DNA from: Bacillota bacterium
GTDB lineage: Bacteria; Bacillota_I; Bacilli_A; RF39; UBA660
Length of the DNA: 64,000 nucleotides
NCBI GenBank assembly: GCA_015059285.1
Contig: SVAS01000003.1
Location: 2,679-66,678, forward strand
Reading direction: 5' to 3'
The position numbers and the translations under genes were made by a program. Shown piece after piece: positions 1 to 10,700 of the stretch. Below the pieces are notes generated by a model. The model saw only the letters and a list, made by a program, of their open reading frames with translations, did not search any database and was not told where the DNA came from. The number at the start of each line of letters is the position of its first letter. Within the stretch, counting starts at the first letter, position 1.

Positions 1-10
1 TTTATTCTAT

Positions 11-1297
11 TTATTTTTTTATTTCTATTTTTTCTTTACCACCCATATAAGGTCTTAAAACTTTTGGAATATTAATACTTCCATCTTCATTATAATTGTT
101 TTCTAAAAAAGCTATTAGTGCTCTAGTACTTGCTAGTACTGTATTATTTAAAGTACTTACAAAATAGTTACCATTTCCTCCTTTAGCTCTAATACTCAAT
201 CTTCTAGCTTGAGCATCTCCTAAAGTAGAACAAGAACCTACTTCAAAATACTTTTGTTGTCTTGGACTCCAAGCTTCAACATCGCATGATTTAACTTTTA
301 AATCAGCTAGGTCCCCACTACAACATTCAAGTGTTCTAACAGGAATATCTAAACTTCTAAATAATTCTACTGTATAAGACCACATTTTGTTATACCAGTC
401 CATTGCCTCTTCCGGTTTACAAAGTACTACCATTTCTTGTTTTTCAAATTGATGCACGCGATATATACCTCTTTCTTCAATACCATGAGCACCCACTTCT
501 TTTCTAAAACATGGTGAATATGATGTAAGTGTTATTGGAAGTTCTTTTTCATCTACAATTTGGTCTTTAAATTTACCAATCATAGAATGTTCACTAGTAC
601 CAATTAAATAAAGGTCTTCTCCTTCAATTTTATACATCATAGCATCCATTTCGTCAAAACTCATAACTCCAGTTACAACATCACTTCTAATCATAAATGG
701 TGGTATACAATAAGTAAAGCCTTTGTCAATCATAAAATCTCTAGCATAAGTAAGCATTGCTGAAGAAAGTCTAGCAACATCGCCCATCAAATAATAAAAA
801 CCATTACCACTAGTTCTTCCAGAACTTTCTTTATCTAATCCATTTAATCTACTAATAATATCAGCATGATATGGAATTTCATAAGCAGGAACTACTGGTT
901 CTCCATATTTTTCTATTTCTACATTTTCACTATCATCTTTCCCAACAGGAACGCTATCATCAATAATATTTGGTATTACCATCATTATTTTTTTAATTTG
1001 TTCGGTTAAAGTTTGTTCTTCTTTTTCAATATTTTCTAATTTATTATTAATTTCAACTACTTGAGATTTTAAATTATTAGCTTCATCTATTTTCTTTTCA
1101 CGCATTAAAAGTCCAATTTGCCCACTAATAGAGTTTCTTTCTTTACGTAAATCATCACCAAGTTGTTTAAATTCTCTATTCTTTTTATCTAATTCAATTA
1201 CTTCATCTACTAAAGGTAGTTTTTTATCCTGAAACTTCTTTTTAATATTTTCTTTAACAATTTCTTTATTTTCTCTTAAAAATTTAATATCAATCAT
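11..1297 (-). CDS. serS: Seryl-tRNA synthetase
   Basis: N-terminal coiled-coil arm plus class II aaRS motifs (FRKEVGAHG; GSCSTLGDAQARRLSIRAKG). The ORF track starts at a TTG (1306). The ATG at 1297 preceded by AAAGGA is the likelier start. A Ser-specific T-box leader lies upstream. Confidence 0.95.
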   Translation of the reverse strand: MIDIKFLRENKEIVKENIKKKFQDKKLPLVDEVIELDKKNREFKQLGDDLRKERNSISGQIGLLMREKKIDEANNLKSQVVEINNKLENIEKEEQTLTEQIKKIMMVIPNIIDDSVPVGKDDSENVEIEKYGEPVVPAYEIPYHADIISRLNGLDKESSGRTSGNGFYYLMGDVARLSSAMLTYARDFMIDKGFTYCIPPFMIRSDVVTGVMSFDEMDAMMYKIEGEDLYLIGTSEHSMIGKFKDQIVDEKELPITLTSYSPCFRKEVGAHGIEERGIYRVHQFEKQEMVVLCKPEEAMDWYNKMWSYTVELFRSLDIPVRTLECCSGDLADLKVKSCDVEAWSPRQQKYFEVGSCSTLGDAQARRLSIRAKGGNGNYFVSTLNNTVLASTRALIAFLENNYNEDGSINIPKVLRPYMGGKEKIEIKK

Positions 1298-1309
1298 AAT
1301 TAACAATCC

Positions 1310-1535
1310 TTTCTTTTTTATTATAAATCAACTTATAAAAAATCTTTCATAAAAATAAAAGACCGTTTCATAGGAGTGAATAATCACGGTACCATCCTAA
1401 AACAGTCTTAATTTGTAATAACGGCAAAGCCGGAAATGTTTGCATTTCTCTCTAGAGTAGATTCATAAATAATTATTATTAGTTTCCACCAACCACTAAT
1501 TCTCTTAAAAACAATTTATTTATTACTATTCTCCG
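1310..1535 (-). promoter_or_regulatory. T-box leader (tRNA-Ser, specifier UCU) controlling serS
   Basis: Minus-strand T-box motif AGGATGGTACCGTG (plus 1385-1397). AGTA on the 5' side and GAA-TCT-A on the 3' side form the specifier loop, with TCT at plus 1459-1461. A terminator stem and T-run lie before the serS RBS. Confidence 0.8.
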
Positions 1536-1568
1536 TCATTGATTTATAAATCAATTCTAACATTAAGT

Positions 1569-2444
1569 TTAATTATTGTCAATATTTAAATAAGGATTAA
1601 CATGAATTGTAATATACCTTATTTTACTATCTATACTATTTATTTGTTCTTCTATTAAATCTAAAACATCATGCACCTGTTTTAATTTAGTATCTGAATC
1701 CATACTAATTTCACTTATAAGTTTGTAATATGGTCCATACTTTAAAAGAACAAAACTATCTATCGCAAGTACTTCTTTATTTTTTAAAATAACATTTTTA
1801 AGATTATTTAAATATTCTTCATCTGTTTCTTGTTCTCCTAACATAATACTAATATTATCTTTTAAAATACTATAACCTATTCTTACAATTAAAATACCTA
1901 CGATAATAGTAGCAATAATGTTAGAATATTTAAGTATAGGAATAATTTTAGAAGCCTTCATTAAAAGTGCGGATACCAGTACAACGATAGAAGATATTAC
2001 ATCACTACTACTTTCATAACCACTAGAAATTAAAATATTATTTTTATACTTTTTACCCATTTTAATTACATAACCAGATAGAATAAGTTTAAAAATTATT
2101 GTAATAATACTTACAATAATAACTATATTACTTGGTATAATAATATTTTTATTAGTAGAATTATAAATAATTGTAAGACCTAATAATAAAATTACTATAC
2201 CTATAATAATACTTGTTACGTATTCTAACTTACCATGTCCATATGGATGTTTATCATCTGCTGGCTTATTTGAAAAATGAGATCCTATCATAGCACATAT
2301 ATCTGTAACTAAATCACTAAACGAATGAAACCCATCAGCAATCAAAGCACTAGACGAGCCAATAAAACCTACTATTATTTTTAAAAGAGCTAAAAAGATG
2401 TTAGTAATCATACTAACAATCATTACACGCATTGTTATCTGCAT
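1569..2444 (-). CDS. Cation diffusion facilitator (CDF) family metal efflux transporter
   Basis: Six predicted TM segments, an HSFSDLVTD metal-site motif in TM2, HxxxD-type residues, and a C-terminal cytoplasmic domain typical of CzcD/ZitB-like proteins. Confidence 0.8.
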   Translation of the reverse strand: MQITMRVMIVSMITNIFLALLKIIVGFIGSSSALIADGFHSFSDLVTDICAMIGSHFSNKPADDKHPYGHGKLEYVTSIIIGIVILLLGLTIIYNSTNKNIIIPSNIVIIVSIITIIFKLILSGYVIKMGKKYKNNILISSGYESSSDVISSIVVLVSALLMKASKIIPILKYSNIIATIIVGILIVRIGYSILKDNISIMLGEQETDEEYLNNLKNVILKNKEVLAIDSFVLLKYGPYYKLISEISMDSDTKLKQVHDVLDLIEEQINSIDSKIRYITIHVNPYLNIDNN

Positions 2445-2489
2445 ATTATCACCTTATATATTATATTTTAAATTATTATTTTGGAAACC

Positions 2490-5072
2490 TTATTTAGCCT
2501 GATACCAGTTATCACCATACTCGATATCTACCTTTAAAGGCACACTAAGTTTATAAGTATTTTCCATCACTTCTTCTATTAATTTTTTTACTTGTTCTAA
2601 TTCAGATAAAGGCACGTCAAATACTAATTCATCATGAACTTGAATAATCATTTTAGTTTTAAGATTTTGACGTTTTAAAGAAGCATGTATTTCTACCATA
2701 GCTTTTTTAATTATATCAGCACTTGTTCCTTGAATTGGTGCATTTAAAGCCATTCTCTCTCCTTGCTTTATAATCATATAATTGCTATTTTTAAGTTCAT
2801 CAATATGTCTTTTTCTATTTAAAAGCGTTTTAACAAAGCCATCTTCATGAGCTTTTTTAATAGTTTTATCCATATAATCTTTTATTCCTGGGTAAGTAAC
2901 TAAATAATCATCTATAAACTTTTTAGCATCACTAACAGGAATATTTAAGTTTTCAGAAAGACCATAACTACTAATACCATAAATTATTCCAAAGTTTACA
3001 GCTTTAGCAATTCTTCGCATATCTTTAGTCACTTCATCTATTTTAACTTTAAAAATATCGCTAGCTGTTTTAGAGTGAATATCTTGTTCTTCTTGAAAAG
3101 CTTCTTTTAAAGCCTCTACATTTGCAATATGAGCTAAAATACGAAGTTCTATTTGCGAATAATCCCCACTTACAATAACACTATCTATACTTGGTACAAA
3201 AGCTTTTCTTATTAATCTTCCATATTCTGTACGAATTGGAATATTTTGTAAATTTGGTTCTATTGAAGAAAGTCTACCAGTTCTGGTTATTGCTTGAGTA
3301 TAAATAGTGTGTATTTTTGAATCTTCTAAAACAGAATTCAAAAGTCCTTCAACATAAGTTGTATATAGTTTTGTAAGCATACGATATTCAATAATATCTT
3401 CAATAATTGGATGTTTTCCTTTTAATTTATTTAATACATCAATTGCCGTAGAATAACCTGTTTTACCTTTTTTACCATGAGGGAGTTCTAACTTTTCAAA
3501 AAGTATTTCCCCTAATTGGCTTGGGGATGATATATTAAATTCACATCCAGCTTGATTATAAATAGATTTGCTTACTAATTCTATCTTTATTTTAATTTCT
3601 TCTCCCATTTCTTTTAATGCATTTTTATCTATTAATACACCATCATATTCCATATCACCTAATACTAAAGATAAAGGATGTTCTATTTGTTCATATAATT
3701 CTATCATATTTTCTTCTTTTAATTTATCATTAAATAAATTATAGCTTTCATAAATAAACTTCGCTTTTAAAATAGAATTATAAGCTATTACATCCATATT
3801 AGGTTCTACTAACTTAGTTTTACCATAAGTCGTTTCATAAAATGGTATTTCATGACCAAAAGAACTTGCTAAATAAGCAATATCATCTTTAACATTATAA
3901 TCAAGTAGATAAGATGCTAACATAGTATCAAAAATACAATCATTAAATTCAATATTATTCCATTTTAAAGCTACATAAGTTTTCTTTAAATCATAAGTAT
4001 ATTTTTTAAAACCATTTAAAATATTAGGATTATCTTTTAATAAACTAAAAGGAACAAAAAAACTATCATGGCTATTATAAAAGGCCATTCCTAATACTTT
4101 TGCAGTATGATAATTAGTACCTAATATCTCTAAATAAATAGCTGTATCTTCTTCTATTTTAATATTATCTAAATTATCTAATACTTTAATATCTAAAGGT
4201 TTTACTTCTTCTACTCTTTCCTTTTTTAAAAATGAGTAAAACTCTAACTCTTCATATAATTCATTTAATTCTTTATGATTTGGACCTAAATACTTAATAT
4301 CATTAATGTCTATATCAACTGGTACATCTTTAACGATAGTCGCTAAATCATAACTTTTATAAGCATTTTCTTTGTCTTCTATTAATTTATTTTTTAAAGC
4401 ACCTTTTATTTCATCAATATGTTCATATATACCATCTAATGTTTTATATTGTTGCAAAAGTTTTAAAGCAGTTTTTTCTCCTACTCCTTTTACACCTGGA
4501 ATATTATCAGAACTATCTCCCATTAATGCTTTTAAATCTATTATATTAATAGGATCAATACCATAATCAGCTTTAAAACTTTCTTCATTATATCTAATAT
4601 AATCTTTTGTTTTTAAAAGCTTTATATCAACATCAGATGATATTAATTGAAGTAAGTCTTTATCACTACTAATAATTGTACCTATATACTTACTATCTTT
4701 ATTACAATATTCCGCAAATGTCCCAATAATATCATCAGCTTCATAATTATCAATTTCATAATACTTAATACCCATTTTAGAAAGCAATTCTTTAGCAACT
4801 GGGAATTGTTTTTTTAATTCATCCGGAGTTTCTATTCTTCCTGCTTTATAATCATCATATTTATCGTGTCTAAAAGTTTTTCCTTTATCAAATGCAACAA
4901 TCATATATATTGGTTTTTCTTCTAAAATTATTTTATTAATCATATTAGTAAAACCAAATAAACCATTAGTTGGAAACCCTTTACTATTTTTCATAAAATT
5001 ACCATTATAAGCTGTCGCATAATAACTTCTAAATAATAAATTATTACCATCTACTAAGATTATTTTTTCCAT
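2490..5072 (-). CDS. polA: DNA polymerase I
   Basis: 860 aa. 5'-nuclease N-terminus (ILVDGNNLLFRSYYA), pol motif A DYSQIELRILAH, motif B RRIAKAVNFGIIYG, motif C QVHDELVF. Confidence 0.97.
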   Translation of the reverse strand: MEKIILVDGNNLLFRSYYATAYNGNFMKNSKGFPTNGLFGFTNMINKIILEEKPIYMIVAFDKGKTFRHDKYDDYKAGRIETPDELKKQFPVAKELLSKMGIKYYEIDNYEADDIIGTFAEYCNKDSKYIGTIISSDKDLLQLISSDVDIKLLKTKDYIRYNEESFKADYGIDPINIIDLKALMGDSSDNIPGVKGVGEKTALKLLQQYKTLDGIYEHIDEIKGALKNKLIEDKENAYKSYDLATIVKDVPVDIDINDIKYLGPNHKELNELYEELEFYSFLKKERVEEVKPLDIKVLDNLDNIKIEEDTAIYLEILGTNYHTAKVLGMAFYNSHDSFFVPFSLLKDNPNILNGFKKYTYDLKKTYVALKWNNIEFNDCIFDTMLASYLLDYNVKDDIAYLASSFGHEIPFYETTYGKTKLVEPNMDVIAYNSILKAKFIYESYNLFNDKLKEENMIELYEQIEHPLSLVLGDMEYDGVLIDKNALKEMGEEIKIKIELVSKSIYNQAGCEFNISSPSQLGEILFEKLELPHGKKGKTGYSTAIDVLNKLKGKHPIIEDIIEYRMLTKLYTTYVEGLLNSVLEDSKIHTIYTQAITRTGRLSSIEPNLQNIPIRTEYGRLIRKAFVPSIDSVIVSGDYSQIELRILAHIANVEALKEAFQEEQDIHSKTASDIFKVKIDEVTKDMRRIAKAVNFGIIYGISSYGLSENLNIPVSDAKKFIDDYLVTYPGIKDYMDKTIKKAHEDGFVKTLLNRKRHIDELKNSNYMIIKQGERMALNAPIQGTSADIIKKAMVEIHASLKRQNLKTKMIIQVHDELVFDVPLSELEQVKKLIEEVMENTYKLSVPLKVDIEYGDNWYQAK

Positions 5073-5130
5073 ATAATCACCTAATTTAATTATACCATGA
5101 ATTTATAGTTTATTTTAAAAATTAAATCAA

Positions 5131-5161
5131 AAAAACATTTATAATGAATACAAATGTTTTT
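5131..5161 (-). terminator. Rho-independent terminator after the 328-aa gene
   Basis: Stem aaaaacattt/aaatgttttt with an 11-nt loop. It abuts the stop codon at 5162-5164, and a T-run follows on the minus strand. Confidence 0.6.
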
Positions 5162-6148
5162 TTATTTTTGAGTTTGGAGTTCTATTTGATTAGTTCTTTC
5201 TTCTTTTAATCTTTCTACATATTTCATAGTTGACTCTAAACTTCCTTGCCAACCATTTTTTAATAAAACTGCTGCGACTTGTTCAATAGTACAAACATCT
5301 AACATAGCATCCATTAAAGCATCATATTTGTTTTTTTCTCTTTGTAATTCTATTTCTTTATTTTTTAAATTTTCAGTTAACATTTCTTTTTCTACTGATA
5401 ACAAATATTTTTGTCTAGCCAAATCTATTTTTTCTTTTTCATTAAATTTAGTAGGTTCATAAACTAATTCTCCTGTTTTAGAAGTTATATAACAATTTGG
5501 AAATAATTGAATTAAAAAACTAACAGTTTCTTCACTTTTAAATATTTCATCACCTATTACTATACCTAAAAAAGCATTGCTTGGAACACCATATAGTATA
5601 GATGATAATTTTTCTTTATCTACATTAGGTAATCCCATTTCGTTAACAAAACTTTTAGTTATATCTGATGCATTTGTATTTTCTCTATAACAATCATAAC
5701 TTAAAAGTTCATCTAATTTAGAATCTGGACTTATAATAAAAGCTATACTACTATTTCTAAAATGTCCAAAAGGAGTTCTCCCATCTCTATAATTAAAACT
5801 TTTATTATATTCTTCTATCGTTGTAGTTTTTGAAACTCTATGAAAATCTGCGCAATAGAAAGTTTCACCATCTTCTTCTATTCCTAAAGATTGTCCTGTT
5901 AAAATTCCTGTTTTAGAAATATTGGTTATTTTTTCTGGTTCAAAATAACTAGTTCCATGAATTAAAGTACCTTCTTTTAAAACTACTTTACCATCTTCGT
6001 TTATACTTATTCCTTTATTATCAATAATTTGTGTTTTTAATTTATCAAAACGATTAATTTGTTCATTTAATATTTTTTTCTGAATATCACTAATATTTAA
6101 TTCATCTATAAATCCATTTGGTAAATCTAATATTTCTATCTCAGCCAT
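5162..6148 (-). CDS. Hypothetical protein with C-terminal coiled coil
   Basis: 328-aa ORF with no recognisable motif. The C-terminal ~90 aa are heptad-like and K/E/Q-rich. Confidence 0.5.
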   Translation of the reverse strand: MAEIEILDLPNGFIDELNISDIQKKILNEQINRFDKLKTQIIDNKGISINEDGKVVLKEGTLIHGTSYFEPEKITNISKTGILTGQSLGIEEDGETFYCADFHRVSKTTTIEEYNKSFNYRDGRTPFGHFRNSSIAFIISPDSKLDELLSYDCYRENTNASDITKSFVNEMGLPNVDKEKLSSILYGVPSNAFLGIVIGDEIFKSEETVSFLIQLFPNCYITSKTGELVYEPTKFNEKEKIDLARQKYLLSVEKEMLTENLKNKEIELQREKNKYDALMDAMLDVCTIEQVAAVLLKNGWQGSLESTMKYVERLKEERTNQIELQTQK

Positions 6149-6222
6149 ATTATCACCAAATTTATTATACTACAAAATTAATATTAATTAAAGTTTTAGA
6201 ACATAATATAAGTGGTGATAAT

Positions 6223-7173
6223 ATGATTATACGACTAGGATATGCTTGTTTATCTAAAACAATAGATATAACTACTTCTAAAACTATAAGTTATACTAAT
6301 TATTTAAAGTTAAATGATAAAAATAAACAAAAAGACAAATTAAATGAATTAATAACTAGTAATTTAGATAGTTTAGATAAATTAATTGATTATAACATTA
6401 AAAATAATATCCATTTTTTTAGATTGAGCTCTGCTTTAATACCACTAGCAACTTTAAAAAGTGTTGATTTTGATTATATAAAACCTTATTTAAAAAAATA
6501 TCAAAAAATAGGCTTAAAAATTAAACATAATAATATGCGCGTAGATTTTCATCCAGATCAATTTACTGTTTTAAATAGTACTAAAAAGGAAGTAATTGAA
6601 AATACTATTACAAGTCTTAATTACCATTACTCTATTTTAAAAACACTAAATATCAAAAACCCGACTATCATCTTGCATGTTGGTTCTAGTGTTTTGGGTA
6701 AAGATAACTCTATTAAAAGATTTATAAATATTTTTAATAAATTACCTAAATATTTACAGAAAAGTATTGTTATTGAGAATGATGATAAAACTTATAATAT
6801 TTTAGATGTTTTAGATTTGTGCAAAAAAATTGATGTGCCTTTTGTACTGGACTATCATCATCATGTTTGTAATAATAACGATATTGAAATACAAAAATAT
6901 TATAAAGAGATATTTTCTACGTGGAAAGAAAAAACTCCTAAAATTCATTTTTCATCTCCTAAAAACAAAACAAAAAAAGAAATAAGAAGTCATCACGATT
7001 ATATAAATTCTGATGATTTTATTTCTTTTATTGAATCAATTAAATATTTAAATACTAATTTAGATATTATGATTGAAGCTAAAGCCAAAGATGAGGCTTT
7101 GTTTAAATTAGTTCGTGAATTAAAATTTAAAACTAATTATAAATTTCTAGACGAAACTACATTTGAAGTTTAA
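6223..7173 (+). CDS. uvsE: UV damage endonuclease (UvdE/UvsE family)
   Basis: MIIRLGYACLSK N-terminus and a TIM-barrel pattern (ILHVGS, DYHHH, MIEAKAKDEAL) typical of UvdE. The ATG at 6223 with GGTGA upstream was chosen over the ORF-track start at 6118, which overlaps the divergent gene. Confidence 0.85.
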   Translation: MIIRLGYACLSKTIDITTSKTISYTNYLKLNDKNKQKDKLNELITSNLDSLDKLIDYNIKNNIHFFRLSSALIPLATLKSVDFDYIKPYLKKYQKIGLKIKHNNMRVDFHPDQFTVLNSTKKEVIENTITSLNYHYSILKTLNIKNPTIILHVGSSVLGKDNSIKRFINIFNKLPKYLQKSIVIENDDKTYNILDVLDLCKKIDVPFVLDYHHHVCNNNDIEIQKYYKEIFSTWKEKTPKIHFSSPKNKTKKEIRSHHDYINSDDFISFIESIKYLNTNLDIMIEAKAKDEALFKLVRELKFKTNYKFLDETTFEV

Positions 7174-7700
7174 TACTTTTTTGAATGCGTTATAAAACTT
7201 TTTTCTAAATTAAATTCTTCTACTACAGATCCAAAACTATTTAAATATAAATTTACATCTTCATTTTCAACTAATGAGCATCCATTTCCAACTAAAGATT
7301 CTAATATTTTTGTACCTTTTTCTGTTTTACTTAAAATTTCACTTGGCCATGCATTAAACTTAGGATTTAAAAAACCTTTAGTTTTTACAAATTGGGTATA
7401 TGTAGGATCAATCAAAATATATTTTATTTCATCATTTTCTTTATAATATGATATTAAAAATACATGTTCATAATTTAATTCACACAAATCTTTAATATTA
7501 AATTCAAGAGTCCTAATATTAAGTTTATTTAATTCCTCTAACACAAACAAAGCTATAACTTTACATAAACCACTAATATCATTAGTACGTTTTAATAGTT
7601 CATTTGTTTTTTTATTAACAATTTCTTTAATTAAATTATAATTAACACTAGGTTTTCTAATATTTAAAATATCATAATAAAACTTATTTAAATCATTCAT
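7170..7700 (-). CDS. Hypothetical protein, possible transglutaminase-like Cys-His-Asp fold
   Basis: Ordered candidate triad GLCKVIA ... EHVFLI ... LIDPTY. The ATG at 7700 lies 1 nt after the polC stop. The ORF-track start at 7739 would overlap polC. Confidence 0.45.
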   Translation of the reverse strand: MNDLNKFYYDILNIRKPSVNYNLIKEIVNKKTNELLKRTNDISGLCKVIALFVLEELNKLNIRTLEFNIKDLCELNYEHVFLISYYKENDEIKYILIDPTYTQFVKTKGFLNPKFNAWPSEILSKTEKGTKILESLVGNGCSLVENEDVNLYLNSFGSVVEEFNLEKSFITHSKKY

Positions 7701-7701
7701 T

Positions 7702-10700
7702 TTAAAATAAAGATAATTGACTTGATTCATCCATACCATCTAGTATTCCCATTGAACGCATTTTATCAATTAGAGTACCAGATACTTTACCGCGTTTTTG
7801 TAAATCTTCAATGCTTAAAAATTCCCCTTTTTGTCTTTCTTCAACTATTTTTTGAGCAACAGTATCACCAAGTCCATCAATAGTTCTAAAAGGTGGTATT
7901 AAGGTCATATTATCAGTATCTACTTTAAAATTTAAAGCATCACTACGATTAAGGTCAATATTCGCAAATTTAAGTCCACGAGCTGTCATTTCAAGCGCTA
8001 ATCTAAGACATTCCAAAATGCCATTTTCCTTATTAGTAGCATCATATCCTTTGTTAATAATTTCACTCATTTTTGCTTTAATAGTATCATAACCTTTAAT
8101 CATAGATTCAATATCAAAGTCAGTAGCTTTTGTTGAAAACCAAGATGCATAGAACCAACTTGGGTGATGAACTTTAAAATAAGCTATTCTAAAAGCACTT
8201 GTAACATACGCTGTAGCGTGAGCTTTTGGGAACATGTATTTTATCTTTCTACAAGAATCAATATACCATTCTTCAATACCAGCTTCACGCATTTCTGCTT
8301 CAAATCCAGCCCATGTTTCAGGATCTTTACTTGCTTTTCCTTTACGAACAAATTCCATTATTTTAAATGCTTTAATTGGTTTCATTCCTTTATACATAAG
8401 ATATACCATGATATCATCACGACATCCAATAACTTCTTTAAAAGGAACTACATTATTTTTAATTAAATCTTGAGCGTTTCCTACCCAAACGTCAGTACCA
8501 TGAGAAAGTCCAGAAATTTTAATAAGTTCGGCAAAAGTTGTAGGTTTAGTTTCTGCAACTAAATTAATAGTAAATGGTGTCCCAAACTCTGGTATCCCAA
8601 GCGTACCTGTTTCATTTAATATTTGTTCTTTAGTAACGCCTAGTGGTTTAGGTGATAAAAATATTCCCATAGTTTCTTTATCATCAAGTGGTACTTTTGT
8701 TATATCCATATGAGATAAATCCTGTATCATACGAAGTTGGGTTGGATCTGAATGACCTAAAATATCTAGTTTTAATAAATCTTGATCAATTGCATGATAA
8801 TCAAAGTGAGTTGTTCTCCATGCAGAGTTAGGATCATCTGCTGGAAATTGGAATGGTGTAAAATCAAATACATCCATATATCCAGGCACTACTACTATTC
8901 CACCAGGGTGTTGACCTGTAGTTCTTTTAACACCTGTACAACCTGCTGCTAAACGTTCTATTTCAGCAGTTCTTTTTGTTATTCCTTTATCTTCACAATA
9001 ACCTTTAACAAAACCAAAAGCTGTTTTTTCAGCAACTGTTCCAATAGTACCAGCGCGATATACGTTATCAACACCAAATAGTACTTTCGTATATTCATGT
9101 GCATCAGCTTGGTTTAAATCTGAAAAGTTAAGATCAATATCTGGAACTTTATCAGCATTAAATCCTAAGAAAGTTGCAAATGGCATGTCATTACCATCTT
9201 TAAGCATATTAGTTTCACACTTTGGACACGCTAAATCAGGTAAATCAAACCCAGATAAATAATTGGCTCCTAAAGGACTTCCATCCATATCAAAAACACT
9301 ATGTTTACAATTTGGACATCTATAATGAGGCGCTAGTGGATTTACTTCAGTAATTCCCATCATAGTTGCTACAAACGATGAACCTACTGAACCACGAGAA
9401 CCAACTAAATAACCATCATCATTTGATTTTTTTACTAACTTTTGGGCAATTAGATAAATAACGTCAAATCCACCACCAATAATTCCTCCTAGATTTTTCT
9501 TCATCATTTTTTCTATTTCAGAACTATCTAAATCAGGATTTGTTTCTTTTAAATTTTCACGAATAATATCTTTTACGTTATCAAAACCTTTTAATATAGC
9601 TTCATGTAATCTTTTAAACGACTCTGCTTCAAAATTATCTTCAGGATAATTTTCTCTAGTCATTTTTTCTTTAATACTATTATAAATTCCATCGCCATAT
9701 AATTCTTTAGCAATTCTCTCTTCAATATTAAAAGGAAGTGGTTCACCATACCAGTCACTTGCTTTACCATATACTAATTCAGTAACGGTTTCTACTGATT
9801 TATCAATTTTAGGTGAAAAAGGAACTCCACCAGTTTCTATAATAACTTCTATAATTTCACACATATCAGCAATTTTACTTGGATTTTCTATTACAAGTTC
9901 ACGAGCTATTTCATCACTTAAGAAATTAAAACATTCTAACATTTCATTAGTTGTTCTAAAATGATTATTAGGTAAATGTGTAATATTATTACGAGCAAGT
10001 GGATGCCTTCCTCCACCTGGTACTTTTTGATTAATAATAATTTCACGATAAATCTTATCATCTTCAGTTAAATAATGAACATCCCCTGTTGCAACAATTA
10101 TTTTACCGGCTTCTTTAGTTGTATTTACAACTTTTTTAATGTGTTCAATTAATTCTATTTGTGAACCAAAATCACTTGTATCAATTAAATGGCTATAAGA
10201 ATCTAATGGTTGTACTTCCACATAATCATAAAAGTTAATAATATTAGTTAATTCTTCTTCACTTTTTGATTTAGCTTCTATGAAAACTTCACTTTCATAA
10301 CAACCACTACCAACAAGTAATCCTTCTCTATGACGATCTATTTCACTACGTAATATTCTAGGTGTTTTATATAAATATTTTGTATTAGCCATAGAAATTA
10401 TTTGGAATAGATTTTTTAAACCAACTTTATTTTTTACTAATAAATTAACATGAAATGCACGCCCATATTTATGTATTTCATCTTTAGAAACAAGTCTATT
10501 TAAATCGGATAATTTAGTCTTGTTTTGGCCAATTAATTTCATCATCATCTTGTGATATACTAAAGCAGTTCCTTCAGCATCATAATCTGCTCTATGATGA
10601 GCATTTTCATCCCAAGGAACATTATATCTTTTAACAAGCGCTGAAAGACCATGTCTAGCATAATTATTATCTAAAGTACGTGAAAGTTCTAAAGTATCAA

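Noticed and set aside
6118-6222. Longer N-terminal extension of uvsE from the ORF-track start at 6118.
   Set aside because: The extension overlaps the start of the divergent gene at 5162-6148 and has no UvdE-like sequence. The family-typical N-terminus MIIRLGYAC begins at the ATG at 6223, which has a GGTGA RBS.
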